Source: a virus
IMG/VR virus record: IMGVR_UViG_3300047552_000145
Span: 1 to 64,000 of that record
Strand: one strand, 5' to 3'
Length of the DNA stretch: 64,000 nucleotides
The notes under the pieces: generated by a model
The model's database searches: none
The model's input: the letters and a program-made list of their open reading frames with translations, nothing else
Told to the model about the DNA's origin: nothing
Translations under genes and position numbers: made by a program
Part shown: positions 47,945 to 57,131 of the stretch, in pieces
How the letters are laid out: every line of letters starts with the position of its first letter
Numbering within the stretch: position 1 is the first letter of the stretch

Positions 47945-49167
47945 TGGCTATCATTCACTTAAGACAAGATAAAGAAAGACCCCTTACAATTGAAGAGGTT
48001 GATTCTAATTTTGATTCTTTAAACCAAGAAGTTGCACAAAAGCTAGATACTGTCACATTCACCGCAGAAAACATTCTAAATTTATTAGAACCTGTCTCTG
48101 GTGTAGATTCAACAGTTGATGCCAAGAAACTTCAAGGATATCTACCAAGCCGAACATCTCAACCAAATACCGTTGCAATTAGAGATTCTCTTTCTAACAT
48201 CTACGCTAACCAGTTTTATGGTGTGCACGTTGGTGCTGTTCTTGGAAACGTTACTGGTAATTTGGTTGGTACTGTAACAGGTAACGCATCAAACGTTGAT
48301 GGCGTTGTTCAAATTGAGCACGGTGGTACTGGAGCTTCTAACGTATCTAACGCAAGAAACAACCTTGGTCTTGGTAACGTGGCTGTTCAAAACAAGAACG
48401 CCATTGACATTACTGGCGGTACAATTACTGGTATTACAGATATTACTGTTGCTGATGGTGGTACAGGAGCTTCAACTGCTTCTGGCGCTCGTTCAAACCT
48501 TGGTTTAGTTATTGGTTCTGATGTTCAAGCCTACGCTGCTACTTTGTCAGGTTTGTCTGCAACGAGCGGTGATGGTTTCTTAATTAGAACTACAACAAAC
48601 TCTGCGGTTGTTCGTAAGTTTGTTGCGGGTAACTCTATTGACCTTACAAATGCAACTGGTGTTGGTGGTGATATCAATATTGGCGTCACACTAGCACCTT
48701 CATTCAGCAGTATTACTAAAGTTGGCACAAACGGTTCTGGTGACCTTGGCCAAAGTGGTAATCGTTGGGGTACTATCTGGGCGCAACAACTAGCCCTTGG
48801 TCACGGCAATGCCGTTGAAGGTGGCGGCATTTATGCTACTGGTAACATTGTAGCGTATTACTCTGATGAAAGATTAAAGACTAAACTCGGAACAATCGAG
48901 AATGCTCTTGACAAGATTGAACAACTTGAAGGTTTTTATTACGAGGCTAATGAGACTGCTCAAGAACTTGGTTATAAAGCTAAACGAGAAGTTGGCGTTT
49001 CTGCTCAAAAGACTCAGGGTGTTCTACCTGAGATTGTACACCCAGCAGCGATTGATAATAAATACTTAACAGTTGATTATGACCGTTTTGCTCCATTGTT
49101 CATCGAAGGTATTAAAGAACTTCGTGCAGAGCTTCGTTCAATCAAGAAACATATTGGGATGGAGTAA
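47944..49167 (+). CDS. tail fibre with C-terminal S74 intramolecular chaperone
   Basis: LT..E.D.NF, GGTGA....ARNNLG repeats, YYSDERLK, GVSAQ, VLPE.V, YLTVDY, IKEL. Confidence 0.88.
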   Translation: MAIIHLRQDKERPLTIEEVDSNFDSLNQEVAQKLDTVTFTAENILNLLEPVSGVDSTVDAKKLQGYLPSRTSQPNTVAIRDSLSNIYANQFYGVHVGAVLGNVTGNLVGTVTGNASNVDGVVQIEHGGTGASNVSNARNNLGLGNVAVQNKNAIDITGGTITGITDITVADGGTGASTASGARSNLGLVIGSDVQAYAATLSGLSATSGDGFLIRTTTNSAVVRKFVAGNSIDLTNATGVGGDINIGVTLAPSFSSITKVGTNGSGDLGQSGNRWGTIWAQQLALGHGNAVEGGGIYATGNIVAYYSDERLKTKLGTIENALDKIEQLEGFYYEANETAQELGYKAKREVGVSAQKTQGVLPEIVHPAAIDNKYLTVDYDRFAPLFIEGIKELRAELRSIKKHIGME

Positions 49168-49170
49168 TAG

Positions 49171-50376
49171 ATGCCATTAATTACCACTCGCGTTACGGCT
49201 GCAGCAGACGCAACAGTAAAGGGTTCACCTTTAACAAACGCTGAAATTGACCAGAACTTTATTAACCTTAATAATGCTGTTACGGTTTCTGGCGATGCTA
49301 CTGGTTTTGTAAACAGAACAAGCAGCACAATCACATTTGATGATGTTACTAGAACATTAACGTTGGCTCCAACTGGCGCGAACTTCACGATCTATTACAA
49401 AGGTAAGGCTGTTTTAATAGATGCGCCAAAGACAGTTATCCTTGCCAATGCCAGCGGTTCACATTGGATTCACTGGGATTATAACCAAGCTAAATTGGTA
49501 GACATTGGATCAACCCCAAACATTAAAGATAACTTATTAGTCGCCTACATTTATTGGGACGCTTCTACATCATACGCTATTTTCTTTAGCGATGAACGTC
49601 ACGCTGTATCTAATGACAAAACTTGGCACTACCACCAACACACCAATATTGGTGCTATCTGGAAATCTGGCGGTGATATTACTTATACCGTCAACAACCC
49701 AAACACTGTTGGTCTTTCATTAGCTTCACCAATCGTTTTAGTTGATGAAGATCTAGAACACAGTATTATTCACTCTGAAGTTTCTAGTGGAAATTATGAG
49801 CAGGTTCTATCCAGCGTTTCTACTGGTCTTGCTATTCTGCCAGTAATATATCTAAGCGGAACAACATATACGCGAGTTGGCGCTGGAACAGAACTTCCAT
49901 GGTATCCATCAACTACAAGAGGTTTTTATAACCCTATTATTGAAGGTGTTGGTTCTGTAACAGCTTCTCCAACTGATGATACATATATCGTTTATTGGAT
50001 TATTGCAACAAACGATATGAGAGCTCCTATCAAAATGGTGATGGGTAGAAATATTTGGACAACATATGCTGAAGCAGAAACCGAGAACTTTGATTCTTAT
50101 GGTTTGCCTATGCCAGAAATTGCCCCAATGTATAAGGTAGTCCTGAAGACCCGTTCTTCTTATACTCAAAACTTAGCTCGTGTAAATATCGTGGCTATTA
50201 GAGAATTGATGGGTAAACAAAATACTAGATCTAACTCGTTTGATACATTATCTCATGACGCTTTATCTGATAGATTCTTAGCAGATCAACACAGTATTTC
50301 TTCAATCACTGGTCTTCAAACTCAACTTGATAGTGTTTCTGGCGCTTCTGTTGCCATGGCTATCGCATTAGGATAA
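49171..50376 (+). CDS. tail fibre-associated protein
   Basis: KGSPLTNAEIDQNF N-terminus; C-terminal AMAIALG. Confidence 0.7.
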   Translation: MPLITTRVTAAADATVKGSPLTNAEIDQNFINLNNAVTVSGDATGFVNRTSSTITFDDVTRTLTLAPTGANFTIYYKGKAVLIDAPKTVILANASGSHWIHWDYNQAKLVDIGSTPNIKDNLLVAYIYWDASTSYAIFFSDERHAVSNDKTWHYHQHTNIGAIWKSGGDITYTVNNPNTVGLSLASPIVLVDEDLEHSIIHSEVSSGNYEQVLSSVSTGLAILPVIYLSGTTYTRVGAGTELPWYPSTTRGFYNPIIEGVGSVTASPTDDTYIVYWIIATNDMRAPIKMVMGRNIWTTYAEAETENFDSYGLPMPEIAPMYKVVLKTRSSYTQNLARVNIVAIRELMGKQNTRSNSFDTLSHDALSDRFLADQHSISSITGLQTQLDSVSGASVAMAIALG

Positions 50377-50387
50377 TAAATAAAGTT

Positions 50388-50705
50388 ATGGCTAATACAT
50401 TCAAATCTTATCTTGCTTCCTCAGTAACAACACAGACTACTGTGTTAACTGGCGGAATTGCTACACAAACAACGTTGATCGGTCTTTCTCTGGCTAATAC
50501 TACAACTGGCGCTGCGTCAGTATCAGTTGTATTAAGCAGAACTTCTGTTGACTATCACGTAATTAAAGGTGCCGTTGTTCCTGCCGCCGATACTCTAGTT
50601 TTATATGGCGGTGACCAAAAATTGGTTCTACAATCAGGAGATGTTTTAAAGGTGACTTCTTCTGCAGCGGTTGACGTTATCGCATCAGTACTAGAGGTGA
50701 ATTAA
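50388..50705 (+). CDS. small virion structural protein
   Basis: MANTFK...KLVL..GD.L.V...DV..S.LE; AATAAATA at 50375. Confidence 0.7.
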   Translation: MANTFKSYLASSVTTQTTVLTGGIATQTTLIGLSLANTTTGAASVSVVLSRTSVDYHVIKGAVVPAADTLVLYGGDQKLVLQSGDVLKVTSSAAVDVIASVLEVN

Positions 50706-51673
50706 TGGGTTTACTTTCTGGCAGCGGAGCAGCCGCATATAAAAGCGTTGATAGAACAAACTTTACAGCCACTGCTGGGCAAACTACATTCACTTTATCG
50801 CAAGGATATGCTGTTGGTGATGTCGATGTTTTCTTGAATGGTGTAAAGTTATTGGAAGGTGACGACTATTTTGCAACTAACGGCTTTAGTATTGTATTGA
50901 ACTCAGCAGCTGGTGTTGGAGACTTTGTCCAAGTTGTATCATATAACCAGTTCAACGTTGCGAATGCATATACAAAATCTGAAGCTGACACACGTTATAT
51001 GGTTGCTACTGGTCAGACTCCAATGCAGTCATACTTAAGATCCCCCAATTATGGTGTTTCATCTTGGTCTGATACTGATTCTGTTTCGTTAGAAGCTAGT
51101 CAAGGTTCTGGTACACAGGGTGTATCTGTAAAAGCATGGGGTCGCTCTATGCCAACCTATGGTGGAGATGTACATTACGTTACTGACACCAGAGGAGTTT
51201 CTGGTTCTCATAGGTTTTATGGGTGGTCTGGAACAACATGGACTGAATATGCTAGAATTGATTCTTCTGGTAGATTAGCGGTCGCTAACCAACCTATCGC
51301 GTCAGTTAGTTATGGCGGTACTGATATTGCCGCAACTAACATTATTCAGTTAAACAATAGACCGATTACTCGTGGCGGTATGGTTATCGCTAACAACAGA
51401 ATAACTGTACCAGTTTCTGGCGTTTATATTGTTGGTTATCATCATCTAGCAACTTCTAACGGTTGTCAAGTTTCTATAAGAGTTAATGGCGTTGATATTA
51501 ATGGTGGCGGTGGTTCTAGAACTCAAGGGCATGCTCCAACAAATCACGATAACTTCTCGGTTCAAAACCCTGTTTATATAAACGCAAATGAATACATAGA
51601 ATTTTATGTAATTAACTCAACCGTACATGGTAATGCTGATTATAATAGAATGTATGCATATTTGGTAAGTTAA
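50705..51673 (+). CDS. tail fibre protein with C1q/TNF-like C-terminal head
   Basis: ATAGQT.F, DVFLNGVKL..D.Y.ATNG; ITVPVSGVY...N.N.YIE. Confidence 0.7.
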   Translation: MGLLSGSGAAAYKSVDRTNFTATAGQTTFTLSQGYAVGDVDVFLNGVKLLEGDDYFATNGFSIVLNSAAGVGDFVQVVSYNQFNVANAYTKSEADTRYMVATGQTPMQSYLRSPNYGVSSWSDTDSVSLEASQGSGTQGVSVKAWGRSMPTYGGDVHYVTDTRGVSGSHRFYGWSGTTWTEYARIDSSGRLAVANQPIASVSYGGTDIAATNIIQLNNRPITRGGMVIANNRITVPVSGVYIVGYHHLATSNGCQVSIRVNGVDINGGGGSRTQGHAPTNHDNFSVQNPVYINANEYIEFYVINSTVHGNADYNRMYAYLVS

Positions 51674-51681
51674 GGATAAAA

Positions 51682-51960
51682 ATGAAACAATATACAATAA
51701 CTCTAACAGATGCAGAAGACAAAGCACTATCTGTATTTGTAGCTGACCAGAATGAGTGGATTCAAAATGCAGTTCACGCTAGATGTTATCTGGCGATTGA
51801 AGAATTAGTACAAGCTGAAGTACAACGCAAACTAACACTCGGCGAGCCAATCACTGGTACTAAAGACGATATCGTTCTTGCGACAGAGGTCGAAACTGCT
51901 GCTGAACGACAAGCTCGTTTGGAAGAAGAATTCAGACAGTTTCAAGAACAACAAGGATAA
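51682..51960 (+). CDS. small fibre-partner/chaperone-like protein
   Basis: YTITLT.AE.KAL...D..EWI.NA...R; follows a fibre gene. Confidence 0.6.
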   Translation: MKQYTITLTDAEDKALSVFVADQNEWIQNAVHARCYLAIEELVQAEVQRKLTLGEPITGTKDDIVLATEVETAAERQARLEEEFRQFQEQQG

Positions 51961-51964
51961 TTAA

Positions 51965-52522
51965 ATGAGTAATGCTCGTAACCTTGCCAGGTTGTTACCA
52001 AACGCAGCTGGACAAATACCTTCTGCTAATTTACAAGATAGTTCTATCATTTCTTCTAAGATAGCATCACAAGCTATCTTACCAGCAAACATGACAGCCA
52101 GCGCGATCGTTGGTTTTGTAAAATATGAAGATCATCCAAGCAATGATAATTATACTTTAATTGCAGCAGATACAGATTACCAAACTGCGGTGAGCATTAC
52201 ATATGCCCCAAAGTTTTCAAACAGTCTTATCTTGATACACGCAGAACATCAAGTTCGTATTATCAACGCTCTTGGCGGAACTCTTGGTATTAAACGCGAT
52301 GGCTCATATGTCAATGGTTCAAATCTAAGAAGTAGTTTAGCATTTGTGTATAAAGGAGACTCGGTAAACCACCACTATCAATTAGCGTGCGAAACAGTAG
52401 TCCCTGCTAACAACACTGCATCTACAACTTTTACTTTATGGTTTACACCTTATGGTGGCACAGGCGAAGTTAACAACGGATGGGGTAATAGAATTATGTG
52501 GTTGATGGAGATTAAACAATGA
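51965..52522 (+). CDS. short tail fibre/receptor-binding-like protein
   Basis: MSNARNLA; ITYAPKFSNSLILI...LMEIKQ beta-sandwich pattern. Confidence 0.65.
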   Translation: MSNARNLARLLPNAAGQIPSANLQDSSIISSKIASQAILPANMTASAIVGFVKYEDHPSNDNYTLIAADTDYQTAVSITYAPKFSNSLILIHAEHQVRIINALGGTLGIKRDGSYVNGSNLRSSLAFVYKGDSVNHHYQLACETVVPANNTASTTFTLWFTPYGGTGEVNNGWGNRIMWLMEIKQ

Positions 52523-52818
52523 AATATATTGCCAAAGCTATTGAATCGCTTGCGCCAAATTCTAAATGGATTCTACACGAAAGCGACTTGAATAAACTTG
52601 AGTGGGTTGAGTGTTCTAAAAAACCAACTAAACAACAAATTATTGACGAGTCGATTAGATTAGAAGAACTCGATAAGCAAAACGAGTACAGAACATTAAG
52701 ATCTAAAGAATATCCATCTATCGGTGATCAATTAGATGCCCTTTTTAAAGCTGGTGTATTCCCAGAAGAAATGGCTGCACAAATCCAAGCGATCAAAGAT
52801 AAATATCCAAAACAATAA
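52519..52818 (+). CDS. tail fibre assembly-like protein
   Basis: AI.SL.P...W, Y...R..EYPSIGDQLD.L, IK.KYPK. Confidence 0.7.
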   Translation: MKYIAKAIESLAPNSKWILHESDLNKLEWVECSKKPTKQQIIDESIRLEELDKQNEYRTLRSKEYPSIGDQLDALFKAGVFPEEMAAQIQAIKDKYPKQ

Positions 52819-52830
52819 TGGAAAAATAAC

Positions 52831-54237
52831 ATGGCATTGTTAACAGGTCAATCAGCCCCTAAGTTCTCCCAATACACATCTGATCAATTCGCTGGTAATG
52901 GAACAACTACTACATTCACTTTATCTAGAGTACCACCATCAGCAGCTTCGTTGATAGTCACGATTGATGGTGTAAAACAACACACATCAACATATTCAAT
53001 TGGTAGTGGACAGGTTTCCTTCACGGAAGCGCCACCTGCTGGATCTTCTATTGAGTGTATTGCTCTAACTGCTTCTGGTCTCACTATCACCCCAGCAGAC
53101 TCGAGCGTTTCTTCTGCATCTATCGTTAATGGTAACGTCACTGTTCAAAAATATGACGTTGCAAACTCTAATGGTACTGGGGCTATGGTAATTCCTTCTG
53201 GTACTAACGCTCAACGACCAGGAAACACTATTGGTTATTTCCGCCACAATGTTGATCGTAAAGCCATTGAATTTAACGATGGTACTGGGTGGCAAGTTGT
53301 AAAGAGTTTAGTAAATACAACTGGCGGTACTGTCGTAGAAACTCCAACTTATAGACTACATGCTTTCTTATCCAGCGGAACATTCTACACAGATACTGCA
53401 ATGAACGTAGACGTTCTATTGGTAGGCGGTGGTGGTGCTGGTGGTCAAGGTTATGGTGACCAAGATACTGGTAAAGGTGGCGGTGGTGCTGGTGGTGTTG
53501 TTTATAAACAAGGTCACTCTATCACTGCAGGGTCATACCCGATTATTGTCGGTGCTGGTGGTGCTGGTCGTAGTCACGGGTGGAACAGCGCAACAACTTC
53601 TGGTATGAAGGGTGATAATTCCATAGCGTTCGGTGTGACTGCTCTTGGCGGTGGTGGTGGCGGTGCTTCTGATAATTATGCTGCTCCGACATCTGGTGGT
53701 TCTGGTGGTGGTGGCGGTGCAAGAAACGGTACTGATTCCAACACTCAAGGTGCGGCTTCAATTCAAACCACCTTTGCTGGTTGGACAACCAAAGGTAACT
53801 CTGGTGGTTATGGTGGCGGTAACGGTAACTATGGCGGTGCTGGTGGTGGTGGTGCTGGTGGCGTGGGTGGAACACCTGTTGTTTCTGTAAACAACTCTAC
53901 TGGCGGCAATGGTGGTATCGGCGTTGACTTATCTGGCATCTTCGGCAATTGGTTTGGTGAAGGTGGTTGGTTCGGTGGAGGTGGCGGTGGTGGAAGCTAT
54001 TCTACTTCTGCGTTGTTAGCACAAAGCTCAGGTGGTCAAGGTGGCGGTGGTAATGGCGTTTCAGCCAGAGAATATTCAGCTGGCGCTGGTGTTTTCAGCA
54101 TCAACAGAATCAACGGTCTACCAGGAACTGGCGGCGGAGGTGGTGGTGCCTCTGAAGATGCTGCTCTAAAAGCATGGTGGGGTTCTTGCTCTGGTTCTGG
54201 TGGATCAGGTATTGTACTAGTAAAAGTTTATCTATAA
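52831..54237 (+). CDS. glycine-rich tail fibre/adhesin
   Basis: GNGTTTTFTL repeat, PSGT.AQRP, H.F.SSGTF, multiple GGGGAGG tracts, GGSGIV. Confidence 0.75.
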   Translation: MALLTGQSAPKFSQYTSDQFAGNGTTTTFTLSRVPPSAASLIVTIDGVKQHTSTYSIGSGQVSFTEAPPAGSSIECIALTASGLTITPADSSVSSASIVNGNVTVQKYDVANSNGTGAMVIPSGTNAQRPGNTIGYFRHNVDRKAIEFNDGTGWQVVKSLVNTTGGTVVETPTYRLHAFLSSGTFYTDTAMNVDVLLVGGGGAGGQGYGDQDTGKGGGGAGGVVYKQGHSITAGSYPIIVGAGGAGRSHGWNSATTSGMKGDNSIAFGVTALGGGGGGASDNYAAPTSGGSGGGGGARNGTDSNTQGAASIQTTFAGWTTKGNSGGYGGGNGNYGGAGGGGAGGVGGTPVVSVNNSTGGNGGIGVDLSGIFGNWFGEGGWFGGGGGGGSYSTSALLAQSSGGQGGGGNGVSAREYSAGAGVFSINRINGLPGTGGGGGGASEDAALKAWWGSCSGSGGSGIVLVKVYL

Positions 54238-54246
54238 GGTTAGAAC

Positions 54247-54561
54247 ATGGCACATTTCGCAAAAGTTGAAAATGGAATTGTTACACAGGTTATTGTAGCT
54301 GAACAGGATTTTATTGATAGTGGAGCAGTTGGTAATCCATCGATGTGGATTAAGACTTCTTATAATACCCATGGTGGAGAATATTTTAACAACTTCACAA
54401 AGTCTGTAGAAGGGCAAGGTCTCCGTAAGAATTTTGCAGCAGTAGGTTACACGTATGATAAAGACCTAGACGCATTTATCCCACCAAGACCTTCCGAAGA
54501 AGCTACTCTAAATTTACAAACATGCTTATGGGAACTCCCAGAAGAACCAAAAAATAATTAA
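54247..54561 (+). CDS. fibre-partner protein
   Basis: MAHFAK, W..TSYNT, RKNFA..GYTYD...DAFIPP.P. Confidence 0.7.
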   Translation: MAHFAKVENGIVTQVIVAEQDFIDSGAVGNPSMWIKTSYNTHGGEYFNNFTKSVEGQGLRKNFAAVGYTYDKDLDAFIPPRPSEEATLNLQTCLWELPEEPKNN

Positions 54562-54569
54562 GGTAAACC

Positions 54570-55022
54570 ATGGCACTTACAAAGGCATCATCTGGAGTTT
54601 TAACTCCAAACCCACAAACTAACTCAGTTGGCGTTGGAACTGCAGCTTCAGGCACTGCTGGTGAGATTAGAGCAACCAATCAGATCACTGCATTCTATTC
54701 TGATAAAAGATTGAAGACTGAAGTTGAACAGATTAAGAACGCTTTAGAAAAAATCGAACAGTTAACTGGAGTGGTTTATACACAGAACAAATTAGCTGAG
54801 AAGTTTGGTTATAACAACTATGAAGAACAGGTTGGTCTTTATGCTCAAGACGTAAAGAAAGTTCAACCTCAAGCCGTCAAACCTGCTCCATTTGATATTG
54901 CAGAAGACGGTTCTAGCAAGTCTGGTGAAAACTATATGACTGTTCAGTATGATCGTTTGATTCCATTAATCGTAGAAGCAATTAAAGAACTAAAAGAACG
55001 AGTTGATAAGTTAGGAGCATAA
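54570..55022 (+). CDS. minimal fibre stub plus S74 chaperone domain
   Basis: GEIRATN.ITAFYSDKRLK, VG..AQ.V..VQP.AV..APFD, Y.TVQYD.L.PL..EAIKEL. Confidence 0.8.
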   Translation: MALTKASSGVLTPNPQTNSVGVGTAASGTAGEIRATNQITAFYSDKRLKTEVEQIKNALEKIEQLTGVVYTQNKLAEKFGYNNYEEQVGLYAQDVKKVQPQAVKPAPFDIAEDGSSKSGENYMTVQYDRLIPLIVEAIKELKERVDKLGA

Positions 55023-55023
55023 A

Positions 55024-55689
55024 ATGTCCGTAACTTTAACTAATACTGGCATCACCTTCAGTGATGCTTCAGCACAAAACACTAAGGTAGATACTACCAC
55101 AGACTCTGGTAGCCTCATCAAAATTGATACCTATACTTCTGGCACTTCCACTTGGTATAAACCAGCTGGTTGCAAGAAAGTTATGGTTCAAGTTTTAGGT
55201 GGTGGCGGTGGAGGCGCATATCATTGCGAGTCTGGCGGTGGCGGAGGATATGCCGAGAAAGTCATTGACGTCTCTGCTGTTAATGCAGTTTCTGTTACTG
55301 TTGGTGGTGGCGGTGGTAGTGTCGTTTACTACGCAGCTGGTGGCAATGGTGGTACTTCTTCGTTTGGTTCTTATGTTTCAGCCTCTGGTGGATACGGTGC
55401 CAACCAACACGTCGCTCATACTGGCGGACACGGTGGTTATGGTAGTAATGGAGATATTAACGTCTACGGTGGTACTGGTACTGGACATGGTTCTAGTGGT
55501 TCTAGAAGTGCTATCGGACGTGGAGGCGAAACATTTTTTGGTACTGGACACTCAGTATCTCACAATGCAAACTATGGTGCAGTTGGCTACTCTGCCCCAG
55601 GAGCAGGTGGCGCTGGTGGACCATCAAATGGTGGTTGGTATGGCTCATCTGGTGCAGCTGGCATCGTTGTAGTTTATTCATATACATAA
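55024..55689 (+). CDS. glycine-rich adhesin-like protein (module copy 1)
   Basis: TW.KP.GC.K..V...GGGGG...ESGGGGGYAEK...GGTSSFGSYVSASGG. Confidence 0.75.
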   Translation: MSVTLTNTGITFSDASAQNTKVDTTTDSGSLIKIDTYTSGTSTWYKPAGCKKVMVQVLGGGGGGAYHCESGGGGGYAEKVIDVSAVNAVSVTVGGGGGSVVYYAAGGNGGTSSFGSYVSASGGYGANQHVAHTGGHGGYGSNGDINVYGGTGTGHGSSGSRSAIGRGGETFFGTGHSVSHNANYGAVGYSAPGAGGAGGPSNGGWYGSSGAAGIVVVYSYT

Positions 55690-55696
55690 GGTATGT

Positions 55697-57127
55697 ATGG
55701 CAATAACATTTGGTAAATCAGAAATAACTATCCCACAAAAAGCTCTATGTGTTCATTTGGATGCAGGGAACCCTGCATCATATCCAGGAGCAGATGGTGG
55801 TGGAACAACTTGGTATGATCTAAGCGGTCTTAATAATAACTTTAAAGTAGATGCCCGTGCGTATAATCCATCTGGCGTTAAGTACATGGACTTTACTGGT
55901 CAGTATGGTTTAGCAAAATCAGCTAACCCAAACGATGTAGGTATTGTTGGTAAAGAACAAGGAAACGCAACTATTATTGTTTGGACACGTATTTTAAATA
56001 ATACAACCAACTGGAGAACTCTAATTAGAGGTGCGACTAGTACCAGCGATCATCACATTATATGCGGTGGACCATCAACACCAGGGTGGTTGATTGGTAT
56101 GTATGACAACCAAAACGGTTCTGGTTTTAATAGCACTGGTTATAGTCAACAAAGTTTACCCAACTATGGAACATCTAACTGGGTTATGATGATTTTCCGA
56201 TTCGGGTCAAGCGCACCAACTCTTAGATTAAGTTTAAATGACACACCAGGAACTATTGTTGGTTCAAACAATTCCAACAACGCTGCATTTAAATATGGGT
56301 TTAATTCCCTCGGCGGTTATGGTAATAATAACGCCAACGCCAATCCATTAGATGGTGGTCAGTATTGGGGTGACATTGCTTGGTTTGCTTGTTGGAATAG
56401 ACAACTAACGGACGCTGAGTGTTTACAAGTTTACAATGCAACAAGCCCTAGATTTCATGGAACTACTCAACAATATCAAGGTAAAGTTACATATCAAGAT
56501 TCAACAGATCAAGTAAATACTGGCGGGTTGTCTAGAGGTGAAATTATTTCCATCACTTCATATGCATCTCCTGGGACATTTACTTGGACAAAACCAGAAG
56601 GTTGTACCAAAATTACAGTTAAGGTAACTGGTGGTGGTGGTGGAGCAGCTGGATATTGTGAATCTGGTGGTGGTGGTGGCTACGCTGAGAAAGAAATTGA
56701 CGCAACAAACTTGACAACAGTTTCTGTCACAGTTGGCAGTGGTGGTAATAGTGTTGGATATTATACTGGTGCAGGTAATGGTGGAACTAGTTCTTTTGGT
56801 TCTTATGTTTCTGCTTCTGGCGGATACGGTGCCAACCAAAACTACAGTCACTCTGGTGGTGCTGGTGGTGTGGGTTCAGGTGGACAGATCAACTTATATG
56901 GTGGTGGTGGCACTGGACACGCCAATAGCCATGGCTACTACCCAGGAGGCACTGGAGGTGGCTCGTTCTGGGGTGGTTCTTCTGCCGTCCGAAGAGATAC
57001 AACTTCTAATAAATTGTATACAGGCGCATGGGGTTCTGGTGGACCAGGTGGTCGCACTGATGATGGTGGCGGTGGTAGCACTGCATATGGTGAGAACGGT
57101 ATCGTTGTAGTTTACGCTTATAAGTAA
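55697..57127 (+). CDS. LamG/ConA-like domain plus glycine-rich module (copy 2)
   Basis: HLDAGN..SYPG.G.TWYDLSG, G.I.....WNR.LT..E..Q.YNA; C-terminal Gly-rich module. Confidence 0.78.
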   Translation: MAITFGKSEITIPQKALCVHLDAGNPASYPGADGGGTTWYDLSGLNNNFKVDARAYNPSGVKYMDFTGQYGLAKSANPNDVGIVGKEQGNATIIVWTRILNNTTNWRTLIRGATSTSDHHIICGGPSTPGWLIGMYDNQNGSGFNSTGYSQQSLPNYGTSNWVMMIFRFGSSAPTLRLSLNDTPGTIVGSNNSNNAAFKYGFNSLGGYGNNNANANPLDGGQYWGDIAWFACWNRQLTDAECLQVYNATSPRFHGTTQQYQGKVTYQDSTDQVNTGGLSRGEIISITSYASPGTFTWTKPEGCTKITVKVTGGGGGAAGYCESGGGGGYAEKEIDATNLTTVSVTVGSGGNSVGYYTGAGNGGTSSFGSYVSASGGYGANQNYSHSGGAGGVGSGGQINLYGGGGTGHANSHGYYPGGTGGGSFWGGSSAVRRDTTSNKLYTGAWGSGGPGGRTDDGGGGSTAYGENGIVVVYAYK

Positions 57128-57131
57128 TAAT

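Noticed and set aside
53533-53890. His-rich, Thr-rich and Val-rich alternative-frame ORFs
   Set aside because: Artefacts of GGT/GGC glycine codon runs in 52831..54237; the same applies to the shadows at 55199, 56558, 56733 and 58105
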